Origin: Podarcis bocagei
Taxonomy: Eukaryota
DNA length: 64,000 bases
Reading direction: 5' to 3' (one strand)
NCBI GenBank assembly: GCA_964188305.1
Contig: OZ076892.1
The notes under the pieces are model-generated. The model searched no databases, was not told where the DNA came from, and saw nothing but the letters and a program-made list of their open reading frames with translations. How positions within the stretch are numbered: the first letter of the stretch is position 1; the number at the start of each line of letters is the position of its first letter. Positions 1 through 11,710 of this stretch are shown one piece after another. The position numbers and the translations under genes were made by a program.

Positions 1-956
1 TTATATGGCTAACCTGGGTCTATTTATTTCATCGGGTCAACTCTGAGTAAAACTTACTTCCAACAATCCTGCGGCACAAATTATCACGTGTCTCTCTTTC
101 CATCTGTGAAATGTTGGAGGCTGTTCTGAAGCAACAACAGCAATGACAATTTGTGTGCATATGTATTAAGTGCCTGCTCTCTATCTGTGTATGTGTGTTG
201 CACATCAGAAGGTGGGAGTGAGGCACAGTTGCTGTTGTCTCTTAGCCTCCCCTTCCCACACACCCCTGTGCGCAGGAACTTTAGGGCCGCCTGCTCCGCG
301 CGAGGGGTTAACAGGAATAAAGCCCCTGCAAAATTTTGACTTCAGAGCTGCAGGCCAAAAGTACATTTGTAACCTCAAGTGGCCGCCTTGAAGACGCTCC
401 AGATCCGTCTAGGAGCCGTCTGCAGCTAAAAACCCTTTGATCCACTCATTCTCCTCTGGGGAGCAGGCTGCAGTAATGGTGCTAATGCCCCATGGCGACA
501 GGGGTTTAGCTGCTAGACGGATGTAGGCAAGAACCTTCCCCTCCCTCACTCCAGGAAAGAGGAAAAAAGAAAAAGAAGGCACAGTGAACAGGAGGGGGCC
601 TTTGTGACAAAGAAATGATGCCTCGGGCCTTAACTCTTGAAGTGCTGGATGCTTGGCTTAGAATAAATCTCTGGAGTGCTACTGGATCTGGAGAAATGGA
701 AAGTGATGAATTATTTCCGGACTCTTAAAAACTAAAGGGGTGGGTGGGTGGGAAAGAGTGTCATTCCTTCTACAGGAGGAAAACTGCTTCCTAGTTTGTA
801 TTCTACTGGGTCACTGCAAAATGGAAATATTCTGGGTTGGCGGAGTTAAGAGAGTCCTCGACACAATCATGATTGGAAGGGGTGCAGGAATCACAATGTG
901 AATTAATGTTGGGGGCCTCAATGGCTGGGAAGGGCAAAGATTCATCTGTGTGGGCA

Positions 957-987
<31 letters not shown>

Positions 988-998
988 CACACGCATGC
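957..998. repeat. (TG)n-(CG)-(CA)n alternating purine-pyrimidine tract
   Basis: Seen directly. Confidence 0.9.
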
Positions 999-1946
999 AT
1001 ATCCATGCAATGTACCCCAGTTCTGGAACTGTGATATGGGGGTATTCTAGGGTTAGGGTGGCACCTGACCAGTTATACCTTCTCTATGCTTTCCTCCCTT
1101 TCTGCATTTGTTTCTGAATACAGCTGTCCACAAAGCTCCATTTCAATTGATGGGTAATGCAATAACTTCTGGATTTGCATAGTGCGGCCAGGGCTTCTCA
1201 AATGCAGCCGCAGAGGACTTTGTGATGCAGTCATGGAGGCAGAAATGGTAGGACTCTGGCAGCAGAGAGGTGGAGCAAAGAGGGGAGAGATATCCCACCC
1301 CTGCAATATTTGAAACCGCAGATGTGTGCTTTGGTTGCAACGTGTGTGTGAGAGAGTCTTCTCTATGACCAGACCAAGGCTCTGGAATACCCTCACTTTG
1401 GGTACCACTTGGTCCCCTCTGCTAATACTCTTCCATCGCTGCTTGTGGGCAGTGGGCATGGAATCTTGCTTCCTATTTGGGGCATTCAGAGATACACAAG
1501 GTGAACTTGTTAGGGAGATGTTTCCTAGAAAGTAACAGATGCTTCCCCCAGGCAGCAAGCTGTTGCCGCATGCATCCCTGAGCTCCAGCAGCTCCTCTTG
1601 CCTCATGCTGACGGCCAAGGCAACTGGGTTTTGGGGGGGAGAGGGGGTTGAGGGAGAGGCAGAAGCCACGGGCTGCAGCTAATGTTCGGAAAAGGGGGTG
1701 GTGGGGTTCAAAGTCTTCCTGCATCCTCTCAACGATGTCTGCATGTTTCCAGAGAGTGGATGTGCAGCTATGACTTTTCAAGTAGCAGCGAGGGAAATGC
1801 ACTCTGCTTATAGGCTCGGAGGCATTTTCGTTTAGTGCCAAGATCTGAAAGGGCGCCAGCTCAAATGAAAGCTTTAGAAACAGAGAGGAGTCCAAGTAGG
1901 GCTGGGAAAAGACCTCTCGTCTAAAACCCTGGAGAGCTACTACCAA

Positions 1947-2690
1947 TAGGGGATGGAGGACAAATTCTATTCAGTTTGCATTTAAAGGGCTAATTCACAC
2001 TTTCTGCAACAGCCCTCGAACCTCCGAAATTCACACTTCTCTGAATTTTCCAGAGCAGTTCAGTTTAGCCAAATAACATGAACAGAGATGCAGATGCCAG
2101 GGTGAAGTGTGCATTGAACGGGTATACTAATGGAAATATCATAGATAAATAAATGCATTACATTAGGGAAAGGGTTTTGTGTGTGTTTTTGCAAAATTGT
2201 GTACATTGGGTAAAATGGCATACAAAAAGGTGCATATTAGGAGATTATCTGCTCTTGGATCCCAAAGCTAATTCTCCCCTGGTCTCCTCGCTGGGCCAAA
2301 TAGGACTAATTTAGCCAGCTAGCCCTGGTGATCATCTAATGTTTATTGGATGGATTTCCCCCCTAAATTGATTTTTGAATTATGAATTTATTGATATTCA
2401 CGTTTTATACTGTATTTTATGCTGTTTTTTGTTGCATCAATTAAGTGTTTTAAATTTGTTGTTAGCCACCCTGAGCCCAGTTTTATGAACTGGGAAGGGC
2501 AGGGTACAAATAAAAATTTATTATTATTATTATTATTAATTAGGACAAAAACACTGATGAATTTTCACGAGGGCTTTTTTTAAAATAAATAAATAAATAA
2601 ATAAATCACAAATTCATATGGAAATGTGGAGCTTTAAACTTAAGACTGGAAAAATGAGAAGTGCAGCAAGCAAAATTTGCAAGACGGACT
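1947..2690. mobile_element. Old AT-rich DNA element (TAGGGGATG.../CATCCCT family), interrupted by L2
   Basis: Shares motifs (tattaggagaaaattgcactaaaatgctg, aaatgtggag) with 29040-29398 and 41615-42243. Confidence 0.5.
2243..2538 (+). mobile_element. L2 LINE 3' UTR fragment
   Basis: Closely matches the reverse complement of 24720-25005. (ATT)n tail and 7-bp TSD ATTAGGA (2236-2242, 2539-2545). Confidence 0.82.
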
Positions 2691-3580
2691 AGCTTTGCCC
2701 GGTAATCTAGCAGGTGGTGGGAACGACTCTCTGCCTGAGACCCTGGAGAGCCCTTAGTGTCAACTAGGGCAGAGAGCACACTGTGCTTGATGGACAGGCA
2801 GCCTGACCTGACACCAGGCAGCTTCCTGAGCTCTGAGTGACAGCTTTGGCTGCTCTCCCTGTACGCAAGGAGGAGAGAGAGGCCAGTCCTGCTGGGTGCA
2901 GCAGCAGCAGCACACTGGGAGTGGAGTTTAGCACATTGTGTCCTGGCCTGGATTGGGAGCTGCTTCTGTTTGGAACATTCCGCCGCAGAGCCTGGAGAAA
3001 GCTGGCTCCTTGGTAGACCGGCTCTGACCCCGGCTGGGAGAGGCTCCTCGGCCCCCGGGGGGAGGGGCGTGGGCTCCGCTCGCTTGCCATGCCTAATCGT
3101 CTGCATAATGAGCTCCATTCAAGCTGGTCAGGCCCCCCCTGAGGCTGGAGGAGGCCAAGGGTTTTGTCAGTTCTAGGTCAGCATAGAGGAGGAGGCGGCG
3201 GTGGCGGCAGGCGTTAGGTCAGATTGCAGGCAGCGAGCCCGGTGTTGTTGCCCGGGCATCAGTGGATGTCCAACTGTAGGCGACTCTTGTCTGGGCCAGA
3301 GTGGCTTTTAATTAAAATGAGAAAGAATAATAGTCAGGTGTCACTAAGGTGTCCACGACATACCTAGCTTGGTGCAGAAAATGGAATTGCATTTTTCTTT
3401 TTCTTTTTGCAAGGTGGGGAACCTGCCCTTTTTATTTATTTATCTTTTTATTTTCCTTGCTTTGTTAACAAAAAAAAAATCAAATCATTTTTTAAAAATA
3501 AAAAGATAACGAAAAGCAAGCAAGCAAGCAACAAATCAAAAATTTAAACAATCAAGCATTACAATCTCGAAGAACAAAGA

Positions 3581-3730
3581 GGACTGCTGTATAGCTCAGT
3601 TGGTTAGAGCATGGTGCTGATAACGCCAAGGTTGCAGGTTTGATCCCTGTGTGGGACTGCTGCATTACTGGGGGTTGGACTAGATGATCCTCAGGGTCTC
3701 TCCCAACTCTATAATTTTATCATTTTATGA
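3581..3730 (+). mobile_element. tRNA-Ile-headed SINE with CR1-derived tail
   Basis: tagctcagttggttagagcatggtgctGATaacgccaaggttgcaggtttgatccc resembles vertebrate tRNA-Ile. It is followed by gggggttggactagatgatc...ccaactctat and degenerate ATTCTATG repeats. Confidence 0.8.
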
Positions 3731-3841
3731 TACAACACAGCTCCAAAGGGGATAATATAGTATTAACTCATACAAAGATTCCCTTTACAAATAATAAACA
3801 TTTGCAAAAATACAAGTGTCCCCCCACCTTGAATTCCATTA

Positions 3842-4083
3842 CACTGGTACCGCGGGTTAAGAACTTAATTCATTCTGGAGGTCCGTTCTTAACCTGAAAC
3901 TGTTCTTAACCTGAGGTACCACTTTAGCTAATGGGGCCTCCCACTGCTGCCGCGCCGCTAGAGCACGATTTCTGTTCTCATCCTGAAGCAAAGTTCTTAA
4001 CCCGAGGTACTATTTCTGGGTTCGCAGAGTCTGTAACTTGAAGCGTCTGTAACCTGAAGTGTCTGTAACCCGAGGTACCACTG
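3842..4083. mobile_element. Tc1/mariner-type MITE, family A
   Basis: TIR CAGTGGTACCTCGGGTTA (left end slightly mutated), TA flanks, internal TAACCTGAAG repeats. Confidence 0.9.
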
Positions 4084-5635
4084 TATTATGAAGAATAAAG
4101 ATTCCATATAGTCTTAAATGAGCCAGACATTTGCAGATACGTCTTCAGCAGAATTAACTCTGAAGTTCCTTCCAGATTTGGTTGGTAGTTTGTATGCAAG
4201 AACTGGAAGTTTCTTCTTGGAAATGGGGTGTTATCTATTTCACTTATTTCACACACAGACAAAAAACTTCTGGCTACTGAACAACAATTTAAGGAGGTTG
4301 CTGATGATACTAAATAGTTCAGGCTCATTAAACAAAAGGACATATCCAAACTGAGTGAATGGATGGTAAAAGGTCAAATGCAATGCAATGTAAGCTAATG
4401 GAAAGTGATACCTGTTGGAGTTCCTGCTTGCAGGTTTCCCAACATCTGGTTGGCCACTGTGATAATGTGCTGGGCGAGATGGGCCATTGGTCTGATCCAG
4501 AAGGCTGTTCCTATGAGAAATAGAGAGCTTTTGACTTCCTCCTTCAGACCTTGTATATAGCAGGGAGACATTCAACAAAACACGCAGGAATGCCTGCTTA
4601 CATGCAATGCATTGCAGGCAACTTGGACTTGGGATTCCTCCAGACTCTACCATTCTATGATTCTATTCCTGGTCCAACCAGAATGAAAACCTTAATGCTC
4701 AAGCCTTTTCTTTTCTATGCAATTCGCCATTGCTCGCCTATTTTCTACCTGTCTTCACCTTTTCTACCTCCAATGCATGTGAGTGCTGCAAAATAGGAAT
4801 TCTCACAACTGGATCACCTGCGAGTCCATGTGTTGCTAATCCTATGGATGGGCTCTTCCACATCTGCAGCCTGTGGATGAGTAGACGGGCTGTTGCCACA
4901 GCCGAGCACCCCAGTTTTTCAGCGCCGCATAACCAGCCAGCGACTCAGAAAGCACTCCAGATGATGTAACTTTTGCCATTACCACTAAGCTTCTGAGCCT
5001 TTGCTGCTCGGCTCCTCTGGGGCCCTGTTAGATTGTGCCTCCGATAAGACAATCTCAGTGGGGCTGCCTCTGGAGGAAGCAACTGCAGCAGCAGCAGCAG
5101 TTACAGGTCCGCCTCCTTTACCTTGCAGGACCTTCCTACAGGCGCTCTCTTGCTAACCCAGCCCAAAGGGACCATTTTAGCAGCTGCTTTTGGAATGCCA
5201 GAGGCTGCTCCAATGTCACGTGGGCTTGAATCTGAGTTGTCGTTCCCCGGGGATCCGTTTCTGTGATGTTACTCAGCTGGTTCCGGAGCTGCCCACAGCA
5301 ACGCCAGCTCCATGTGACCCAATTGTCAGGCTGCCATCTCACCACTCCTGGCTTTAGCCGTGCTTTTCTCTGTACCCAGTTTGGAAACCTCCCTGTCGAG
5401 GTTGCTTAGCTGCGGCATCTGCAGGCGGAAGCCAGTCCCACCATTTAACACCCACAGACACAGCTGGTTGGCCACACTGGCAGTTGTGGACAGTGTGTGT
5501 GTGTGTGATGCTCAAGCCCATGTTGTCGTATTTCTGGGCACAAGCTCCACATCCCCTCCCAGCTGGTGCTGCTGAAGGAAACGAAAAAGGAATCTGCCCT
5601 TCTTCCATGGAGCTGCAAGCTCTGTCTCACAGAAG

Positions 5636-5830
5636 CGTAGGAAGCTGCCCTTTCCTGAGTCAGACCCTTGGCCCATTCAGCTCAGTACTGTCCACACTGA
5701 CTGGCAGTGTCTCTCCAGAGTTCCAGACAGGGAACCTTCTGAGCCCTCCCTGAGATGCCTGTGATTTGTGCTGGGGCCTTTTTCACACAAAGTAGATGCT
5801 CTACCCCTGAGCTAAAACCCTACTTCCCTT
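5636..5830 (-). mobile_element. tRNA-derived SINE (ctgccagtcagtgtagac family)
   Basis: Head tagctcaggggtagagcatct and tail ggtctgactcag...gcagcttcct. Relatives lie at ~2705-2828, 21955-22132, 34931-35208 and 50101-50242. Confidence 0.7.
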
Positions 5831-5888
5831 TGGGACCCAAGGAGACATGGATCTTGGAATTGGAAGGTGCCAGCCAAAAAGTGCCATA

Positions 5889-6135
5889 CAGTGGTGGTTT
5901 GGTGTAGTGGTTAGAGTGTCAGGCTAGGACCTGGGAGACCCGGGTTCAAATATCCACTAGGCCATGAAGCTCACTGGGCAACCTTGGGCCAGTTACAACC
6001 TCTCAGCCTAACCTACCTCGCAGGGTGGTTCTGAGGATATAAAAGGGGGAGGAAGACAACTATGTATGTCACCTTGAGCTCCTTGGAGGAAAGACAGGAG
6101 AAAAATGCAATAAATGTGTGAATAAATAAGTAAGT
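5889..6135 (+). mobile_element. tRNA/CORE-like SINE with L2-type tail
   Basis: A box ggtgtagtgg, B box ggttcaaat, core ctgggcaaccttgggccagt, tail caccttgagctccttggagg...aataaat. Minus-strand relatives lie at ~7790-8015, 18976-19170 and 20630-20833. Confidence 0.75.
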
Positions 6136-7288
6136 AGAGAAGGGGCTTTCTGCTTTCACAGTCATAGTTGCCAAGTATCTTGGGTGAGGGTCAGGTCTGA
6201 GATGGTTGCAAAGGAGCGTACAGCTTAGAAGTTGAGCCGTGCTTTTCCTTCAGCAATGGCTGGATGTTCTTTTTTGCCTTCAAAGCCAATAGTCCCCTGA
6301 TCCCACTGTGTCTGAAAGACCAGCGAGCCCCTGTAGACTGCAGAAGTGCTGCTGTGTGATGTTGAGCTCTCTCCCCCAACCCAGTACTACAAACCCATGC
6401 TATAATGCATATGCCCCTTTAATGTCACCTGAGTCAACTTTGAACCACTGTGCAACCCTAGCATCTCCCAGTGATGGATAAGTTGTCCGGGTCATAAGTT
6501 GTGTGTAGGAAACAGGATGAGGAGGCATCAACCCGCTCTCCCCGCTACGAGGAATCCTTATGAGCTGCAGTCTGGCTGCCATTGCTTTCCCCAGAAGAAG
6601 ATGGCTCATGCAAGGTTAAAAACAAAGAGAGACAATATCACGTTGAACATCAGCTCTTCCCTAACCTGCCAGGACCTTATCTCAGGGTTCTGTGTTTCCC
6701 TGGCAACAGTAGAAGGCATCCCTAACACCTAAAGCAGAGAATTTCCCTGCTTGGTTTTAAGGTGGTTGCAATGTCACCAGCCGTTTCCTGGGTAACGCAG
6801 AATCCGGAAGCCGAGTCCTGGCAGGTAGGGAGGGTGGGGAGGAGCTGGATTTGGCACCCCATTATATGCATATGTATGGTTTGCTTTGTACAAGGAAAAG
6901 GTGCCACTGTATGATTTAATAATTATATGAATTGATTGTGCAGTCACCCTGCTAAGGTCACTGCCTGTCTCTCTCCATCATACCATCCCACAGCACACAG
7001 TCAAGGCTGCAGCAGTTGGAAGTTTCCAGGGCTAGGGGTGTGTGTGTGTGTGTGTGTAGAAAGGTGTGGGCCCCTGTGGCAATGTGAGCTGTAAGCAGGT
7101 GGAGCATAATCAGGGAACTTTTATCATTTCCGTCTTGAAACCAAAGACCTCAGAAGACCTCAGATGACACCATCAGCCTAACAGGCTGGAGAAAACTGGT
7201 TGGCTAGCTCCTCCCTATAGTGTATCTTCCCATAAGTTAGGTCAGTTGCAAACCAGTGTGGTGTTGGGTGGTTGGAGTGTTGTTGCTA

Positions 7289-7306
7289 TATTATTATTAA
7301 TTATTA

Positions 7307-7371
<65 letters not shown>
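7289..7371. repeat. (TAT)n microsatellite, tail of a minus-strand L2-like remnant
   Basis: Seen directly. Confidence 0.95.
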
Positions 7372-7372
<1 letters not shown>

Positions 7373-8259
7373 ATATTCAGTTTCTTATCCAACCTTCACC
7401 AAGAGGCCCCAGGCATATATATTTTTTTGCAGCAATTTAAAAATAAAATATTTTAAAAAGTTTAAAACACACCAAAATATATACATCTCAGGTGTCAAAT
7501 GCCAGGGTAAAGAGGTCTGTCTTCAGCATATGACGGAAACTACATAATGAAGGTTCCAAGTGCAGCTATTTGGGGAGGGAATTCCACCACATAGGACCAA
7601 AACCAAGGATATATTGCATGCATGTATGGAATTTTTTTTAATGCAAATTACATATTATACAATATTGCTTATCAAATGGTTAGAGAAGTATTTTTAAAGT
7701 ATAAATTGCATAGTGAAAACAATACAATTCAATGTAAATCATTAGTGGTTGCCAATATTCACATACATTTATTTTATTTTATTTTATTTTTATTTATTTA
7801 TTTATTTCAATTGATTGATTGATTGCATTTATAGCCCACCATTTCCTCTAAGGAGCTCAAAGTGGTGTACATGGTTCTCCCCCTCCTAATTAAATCCCCA
7901 CAACATCCTTGTGAGGTGGGTTTTGGTGAGACGCTACCCATTGAGCTTCATGGCCGAGTGAGGATTTGAACCCTGGTCTCCAAGGTCCTAGTCAGACACT
8001 CTAACCACCACACTAGCTTTTTTCCTTTTCCATTTAATACAGATAAAATATGAAATATTATTAAGAAATATTAAAGCCAAATGATATTTCAGAGCAGGGG
8101 AAACTGCTTTTATACTCTTTCTCTTCCTCCACTTCTTATTTAAATACATAGACCGCTTCCTGAGACTTCAGTGCATGTGTGCATTTACTATATCTGATTT
8201 TGAACTGTGTTTTTTAAATAGCAGCTGTGGTAGGGGTTGGCCATGGTGGTAGTGAGATT

Positions 8260-8740
8260 GGGAATGTTGCTGCAAAAGTCATAATGCCACTATACAAATC
8301 TATGGTGAAACTAAACTTGAAAAGCTGTGTATGGTTCTGTTGCCTATTGTAGAGTTGGAAAGGGTTCAGAAAAGATCATCCGAACTGATCAAGGGGATGG
8401 AACAATTTCCCACTATGTGGAAAGGTTACTCTAGTTGAAGTTTTTCTTAGTTTAGAGAAGAGGCAAGTAAGAGGTGACATGATAGAGGTGTGAAAAATTT
8501 TGCATGGTGTGCAGAAAGTGGAGGCTTTTCTCCCTTTCTCCTAATGCTAGAATTCGAGCCCATCCAATGAATCTAAACATTCAGGACAGACAAAAAAAAA
8601 AAAAAAAAAAGGCTTCTTCATGCAGCGCGTAGCCAAACTACAGAACTTGCTCCTGCAATATGTACTGATGGACACACCACCTTAAATGGCTTTAAAAAGA
8701 GGGAAGATGGGCTGAAGGGAAGGACCCAAACCATATTCAT
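8260..8740 (+). mobile_element. CR1 ORF2 fragment (degenerate)
   Basis: PLYKSMV...ELERVQKR...IKGME and RGDMIEV motifs. Confidence 0.75.
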
Positions 8741-9545
8741 ATTGGAAGTTGTTTGCTGTTGATTTCCATGCCTGTGTAGTCTTAGTAGCATTGGAAGGTC
8801 AGCAGGAGGGTTTGTAATGTAATGGCTAATTCTGTTAGGGTCAGCCAAGGCGGGTGGGGTGGAAGTAAGTGTTGCTTAGCAAACAGGCAAAGCAACGTGA
8901 CGTTTGCTGAGGCAACACTTGCTCTGCTTGACTGTGTAGTTTTGAGGGAATTTGCCCTCTGTGTGTTTGGTGGAATGTCTTCCTTCTGTAAGTACAAGGC
9001 CTGGAGAAAAGGCCCCCCTCTCTCTCCTCCTCCTCCTCCTCCTCCTCTAAATACTCACTATTTTTCTTCCGTTTTCTCAATGAAATGTGATTAGGATTTC
9101 TCTTCGTTCTGGACTCTCTCTGCGTTACTTAAGTGACTTTGCTAACAATTAGGAACCACGGAAATGATCACAGCAGTGTCCCCCGATTCTGCTTTCTTTT
9201 TAGCCCTGCAATGTGTGCCCAGCTATATAACCCAGCAGCCACTACACTTGCATAACAAGTGAGGCCCTGTTGCTTAATACCTGGGCTGCATATGTCTTGT
9301 CTCCAACAAAAGATCTGGAAATAATTCCTCCTGCTTTGACGGAAGCCCCTTTCCCTCCTTCCTTTGGCTTTGATGCTCCATAGGCAAGAAGAGAAGCGCC
9401 CTGCTGGTTAGCAGCGTTTATGCCTATTTTGTTGCGTAAGTAGATTTGCTGGTCATTTTGAAGAGTTTAGCCTATGCCCTAGCTAGGTCTGAGTCACGAT
9501 TATGACTTCTCCTAATACAGTCTTTCTCTCTCATACGCGCCTGGT

Positions 9546-9585
<40 letters not shown>

Positions 9586-11309
9586 ATGCAGAGCTGAAAT
9601 CCTTCTTATCCAGTCTGATGGGGATGGAAAATTCCTTGCCACGGGGCAAGCAAGCCACTCAAATGCAGGTCAAGGAGCTTGAAATCCAGCCTGTGATCAG
9701 GCTAGGGGAAATTAATTCCTCAGACAGCTGTATTTAGTTGCTCCAGCTTTGCACAGCTGCCTGGCTGCTGGGGACGGAGGCGAGACTGAAGCGCAGCTTT
9801 GGGGGAATGTCTGGTGATGGCTCATCGCCGTCCATGCTTTGCTGTGCTACAAGGGGCTTTCCTGAATTCCACCCCTAAGAAAGGCAGCTAGTCATTCGCC
9901 ATGCTCCAGACTCCTTTCGGCTTAGTCTAGACCAGCCTGGACTTCCCTCTCTCCACAGGCAGCGTCGGATGCAGGCAATACACAGACAGTGGGGATGTAG
10001 GTGGCAGCAAAGGAGACGGCAGTCATCACACCCGTAACTCATTTTTTTGCGGTGTTGATTTACCAACCTGGGCTAGACAGAGGTGGTTAGGCTCCTGAGG
10101 TGGCTGGGAAGACCGTACTGTTCCAGACTCCAGGTGTGGGTGTCATATTTTCCAGTCCTCCCCTGCGTCAAATTTCTCTGCAAGTGAAAACAAACGAAAC
10201 AAAACTAGCTCATCAGGAAGGAAAGTTCTATCTTCTATGCAGGCTAGCTTTCAACTTGCATGGAGGCTGGGTTTCTTTTCTTCCTATTTTTTTTTTTTTA
10301 ATATAGCAGGGGCTTTTAAAAATGGCTTCTCCAACCTGAAGTCTGAAGTGATGCAATTTATTCACGACTCTACCACCACTTTCCCATCCCACCTCATTCT
10401 GCTGTGAGTTCCTGCAGAATCTTATACTGGAAGTGCCCAAATGATGGTGAGTGTGATTCTAAGCTCCCCCCCTATCTTTTAGTCTTCTCTATCTGTGAAC
10501 CACTTCCCTCCTGTTCATCCTAGTTCTACAGTACTGTAGTCCCCGCCCCCCATCTCTCTGCCCTTTCCTGGGCAGGCCCTACCATGAGGCAGAGTGAGGC
10601 AGCTGCCTTAGGCTGCAGATGCTGAGGACAGGGAGTAGACAGAGCTGTGTGCCACGTGGCCTGTTGTGCATTCCTTAACCCAGCCTGTGCCTTCAGGGGC
10701 AGCAGAGGACCCTGTCCTACCCTCAAAGTAAGATTCAGAGACAAAATGGCCCACCTTCCCATTCCAGTCTGTTCGGCTTTTGCACGAGTGTCATTTTGTT
10801 TTTTGCCCCAGACAGTAAAATATATTGGCCTGGCCCTGTCATTCATATCCAAACATTCTGCATATTAAGTCTTGACAAGAGTGTTTGCAAAGTGATTGGC
10901 ATTCTTAGAAGATCCCTTGTGTCTTCACAGTTCTAGGAGGAGTATCCTTATGATTCGTACCATAGGCTCCTGATAAGAAGCAGCCTGGTAATTTTATCAT
11001 TACTGCAGTGTAAGTCTTGGCCTTTTTTGGGGGGGGTGGTGATGAGAATCCACTCACTACACAATTGCCTTATATTGAGTCAGGCTATTGTAGGGCCAGC
11101 TCTACCTTGAGGCAGGTGGATGCTTCAGGCGGCAAACCTTGAGGAGCAGGCCATGGGCAGTTTGCTGATCTCAGGTGCAATGGAGGGGGGCTGTCTTGTC
11201 GCCAGTATCAAAATAAGATTCTGCTGCCAGCCTGGTTGGCTTCTGTGCATGGGATGGAGTAGGCACCATTTTGTACTTTACCACAGGCAGCGACATGTCT
11301 TCTTGCCTC

Positions 11310-11690
11310 ATAAGAAGAGCTTGCTGGATCAGGCCAGTGGCCTATCCAGTCCAGCACCCTGTTTTTTCAGTGACCAATGGGAAACCCACCAGCAGGACCT
11401 GAGCAGAAGAGTGCTCTCCCCTCCTGCCATCTCCAGCAACTGGGATTCAGAAGCACTCCTGCCTTCAACTGTGGAGGCATCGCGGTTCGAAGCCACGCAT
11501 AGCCTTACCCTCCATGAATTTGTCTAATCCTCTTTCACAGCCATCCATGTTAGTGGCCATCACTGTTCCCTGTGGGGGTTCATTCCATAGTTTAACTGTG
11601 CACTGTGTGAAATAGTATTGTCCTCTGCCCGTCTCAAATATCCCAACGCTCAGCTTGGCTGGATGTCTCTTGAGTTCTAGTCTAAGAAGA
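11310..11690 (-). mobile_element. Old CR1 3' portion
   Basis: The minus strand reads YYFTQCTVKLWNEPPQGTVMATNMDGCERGLDKFME (CR1 ORF2 end), followed by a 3' UTR. Confidence 0.8.
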
Positions 11691-11710
11691 AGTGGCCTGC
11701 CCATGGGTCA

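Noticed and set aside
7246-7440. Poly-Tyr ORF (and various poly-HT/CV ORFs)
   Set aside because: Translations of microsatellites.
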